From: Centroscyllium fabricii
Taxonomy: Eukaryota
Length of the DNA: 64,000 bases
Reading direction: 5' to 3'
Assembly (NCBI GenBank): GCA_051313645.2
Contig: JBNRSN020000009.1
Span: 135,408,001 to 135,472,000 of the forward strand
This document shows positions 63,433-64,000 of the stretch, piece after piece. The position numbers and the translations under genes are program-made. The notes under the pieces were generated by a model. That model did not search any database. It was not told where the DNA came from and worked only from the letters and a program-made list of their open reading frames with translations. The stretch's first letter is position 1, and every line of letters starts with the position of its first letter.

Positions 63433-63823
63433 AGGGTGGCACAGTGGATAGCACTGTTGTCTCACAGCACTGGAGACCCGGGTTCAAATCCAGCCTCGGG
63501 TACTATCTGTGTGGAGTTTGCACATTCTCCCCGTGTCTGCGTGGGTTTCCTCCGGGTGCTCCGGTTTCCTCCCACAGTCCAAAGATGTGCGGGTTAGGTT
63601 GACTGGCCATGATAAATTGACCCTTAGTGTTCGGGGGATTAAATATGTGGGGTTACGGGGATAGGGTGGGATATGTGTCGGTGCAGGCTCGATAGCGATC
63701 GAGCGATATGGGGAGAGGGCAGGGGCGGGTTACTGGGTTTGGATGATCAGCCATGATCTCATTGAATGGTGGAGCAGGCTCAAAGGGCCGAATGGCCTAC
63801 TCCTGCTCCTAGTTTCTATGTTT
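63433..63823 (+). mobile_element. HE1-like V-SINE
   Basis: gggtggcacagtgg...ttctatgtttc. Confidence 0.9.
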
Positions 63824-64000
63824 CAGAACCCTAGGATGTAGGCCGTCAGGTCCAGGGGATTTGTCGGCTTTTAGCCCCATTAGTTGCTCTAGTACTTTTT
63901 CCTCTTTGGAAACTACCCCCCAGAATGAGCTGCCGCTAGCTGCTCCCCACCAGGTGGGCTGGAGATTCCATCGTCAAACAGTAGAGTTATCAGCAGCCAC

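Larger units (their letters stand above)
61552..63900 (-). mobile_element. Decayed CR1 ORF2 3' half with tail, interrupted by two HE1 SINEs
   Basis: KEVAEEIVDAL, DFQKVFDKVPH, KANGMLAFIARG, NLWNSLPQ; tail at 61552. Confidence 0.88.

Overview
Eukaryotic, repeat-dense intronic DNA from a cartilaginous fish (shark or ray), judged from HE1-type V-SINEs, Deu-SINEs, shark-type CR1 LINEs and Penelope termini. The only host gene I can support is RRP9 (U3 snoRNP-associated WD40 protein U3-55K) on the minus strand. Eleven internal coding exons (1039 nt, GT-AG, all phases compatible; probably exons 4-14) run from 60853 down to 1178, and the first exons and last exon appear to lie outside the window. The ~27.9 kb intron at 11131-39004 is mostly a ~24 kb array of a 25-bp C-rich satellite with homogenised variant blocks and kb-scale internal duplications. 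Four SINEs are inserted in it at nearly the same position of the repeat unit. All long Pro/Ser/Gly-rich ORFs in 12-37 kb are artefacts of this satellite. Other introns hold nested CR1 LINEs (three young copies with near-complete ORF2), a Rex1/Babar LINE fragment, MITEs, a 5S-derived fragment, and Penelope termini, one with a minimal hammerhead motif. The most unusual structure is a ~400-bp near-perfect inverted duplication of flanking DNA (22-nt loop) forming the 5' junction of a young CR1 insertion. Repeat family names come from recalled consensus similarity, not from a database search.
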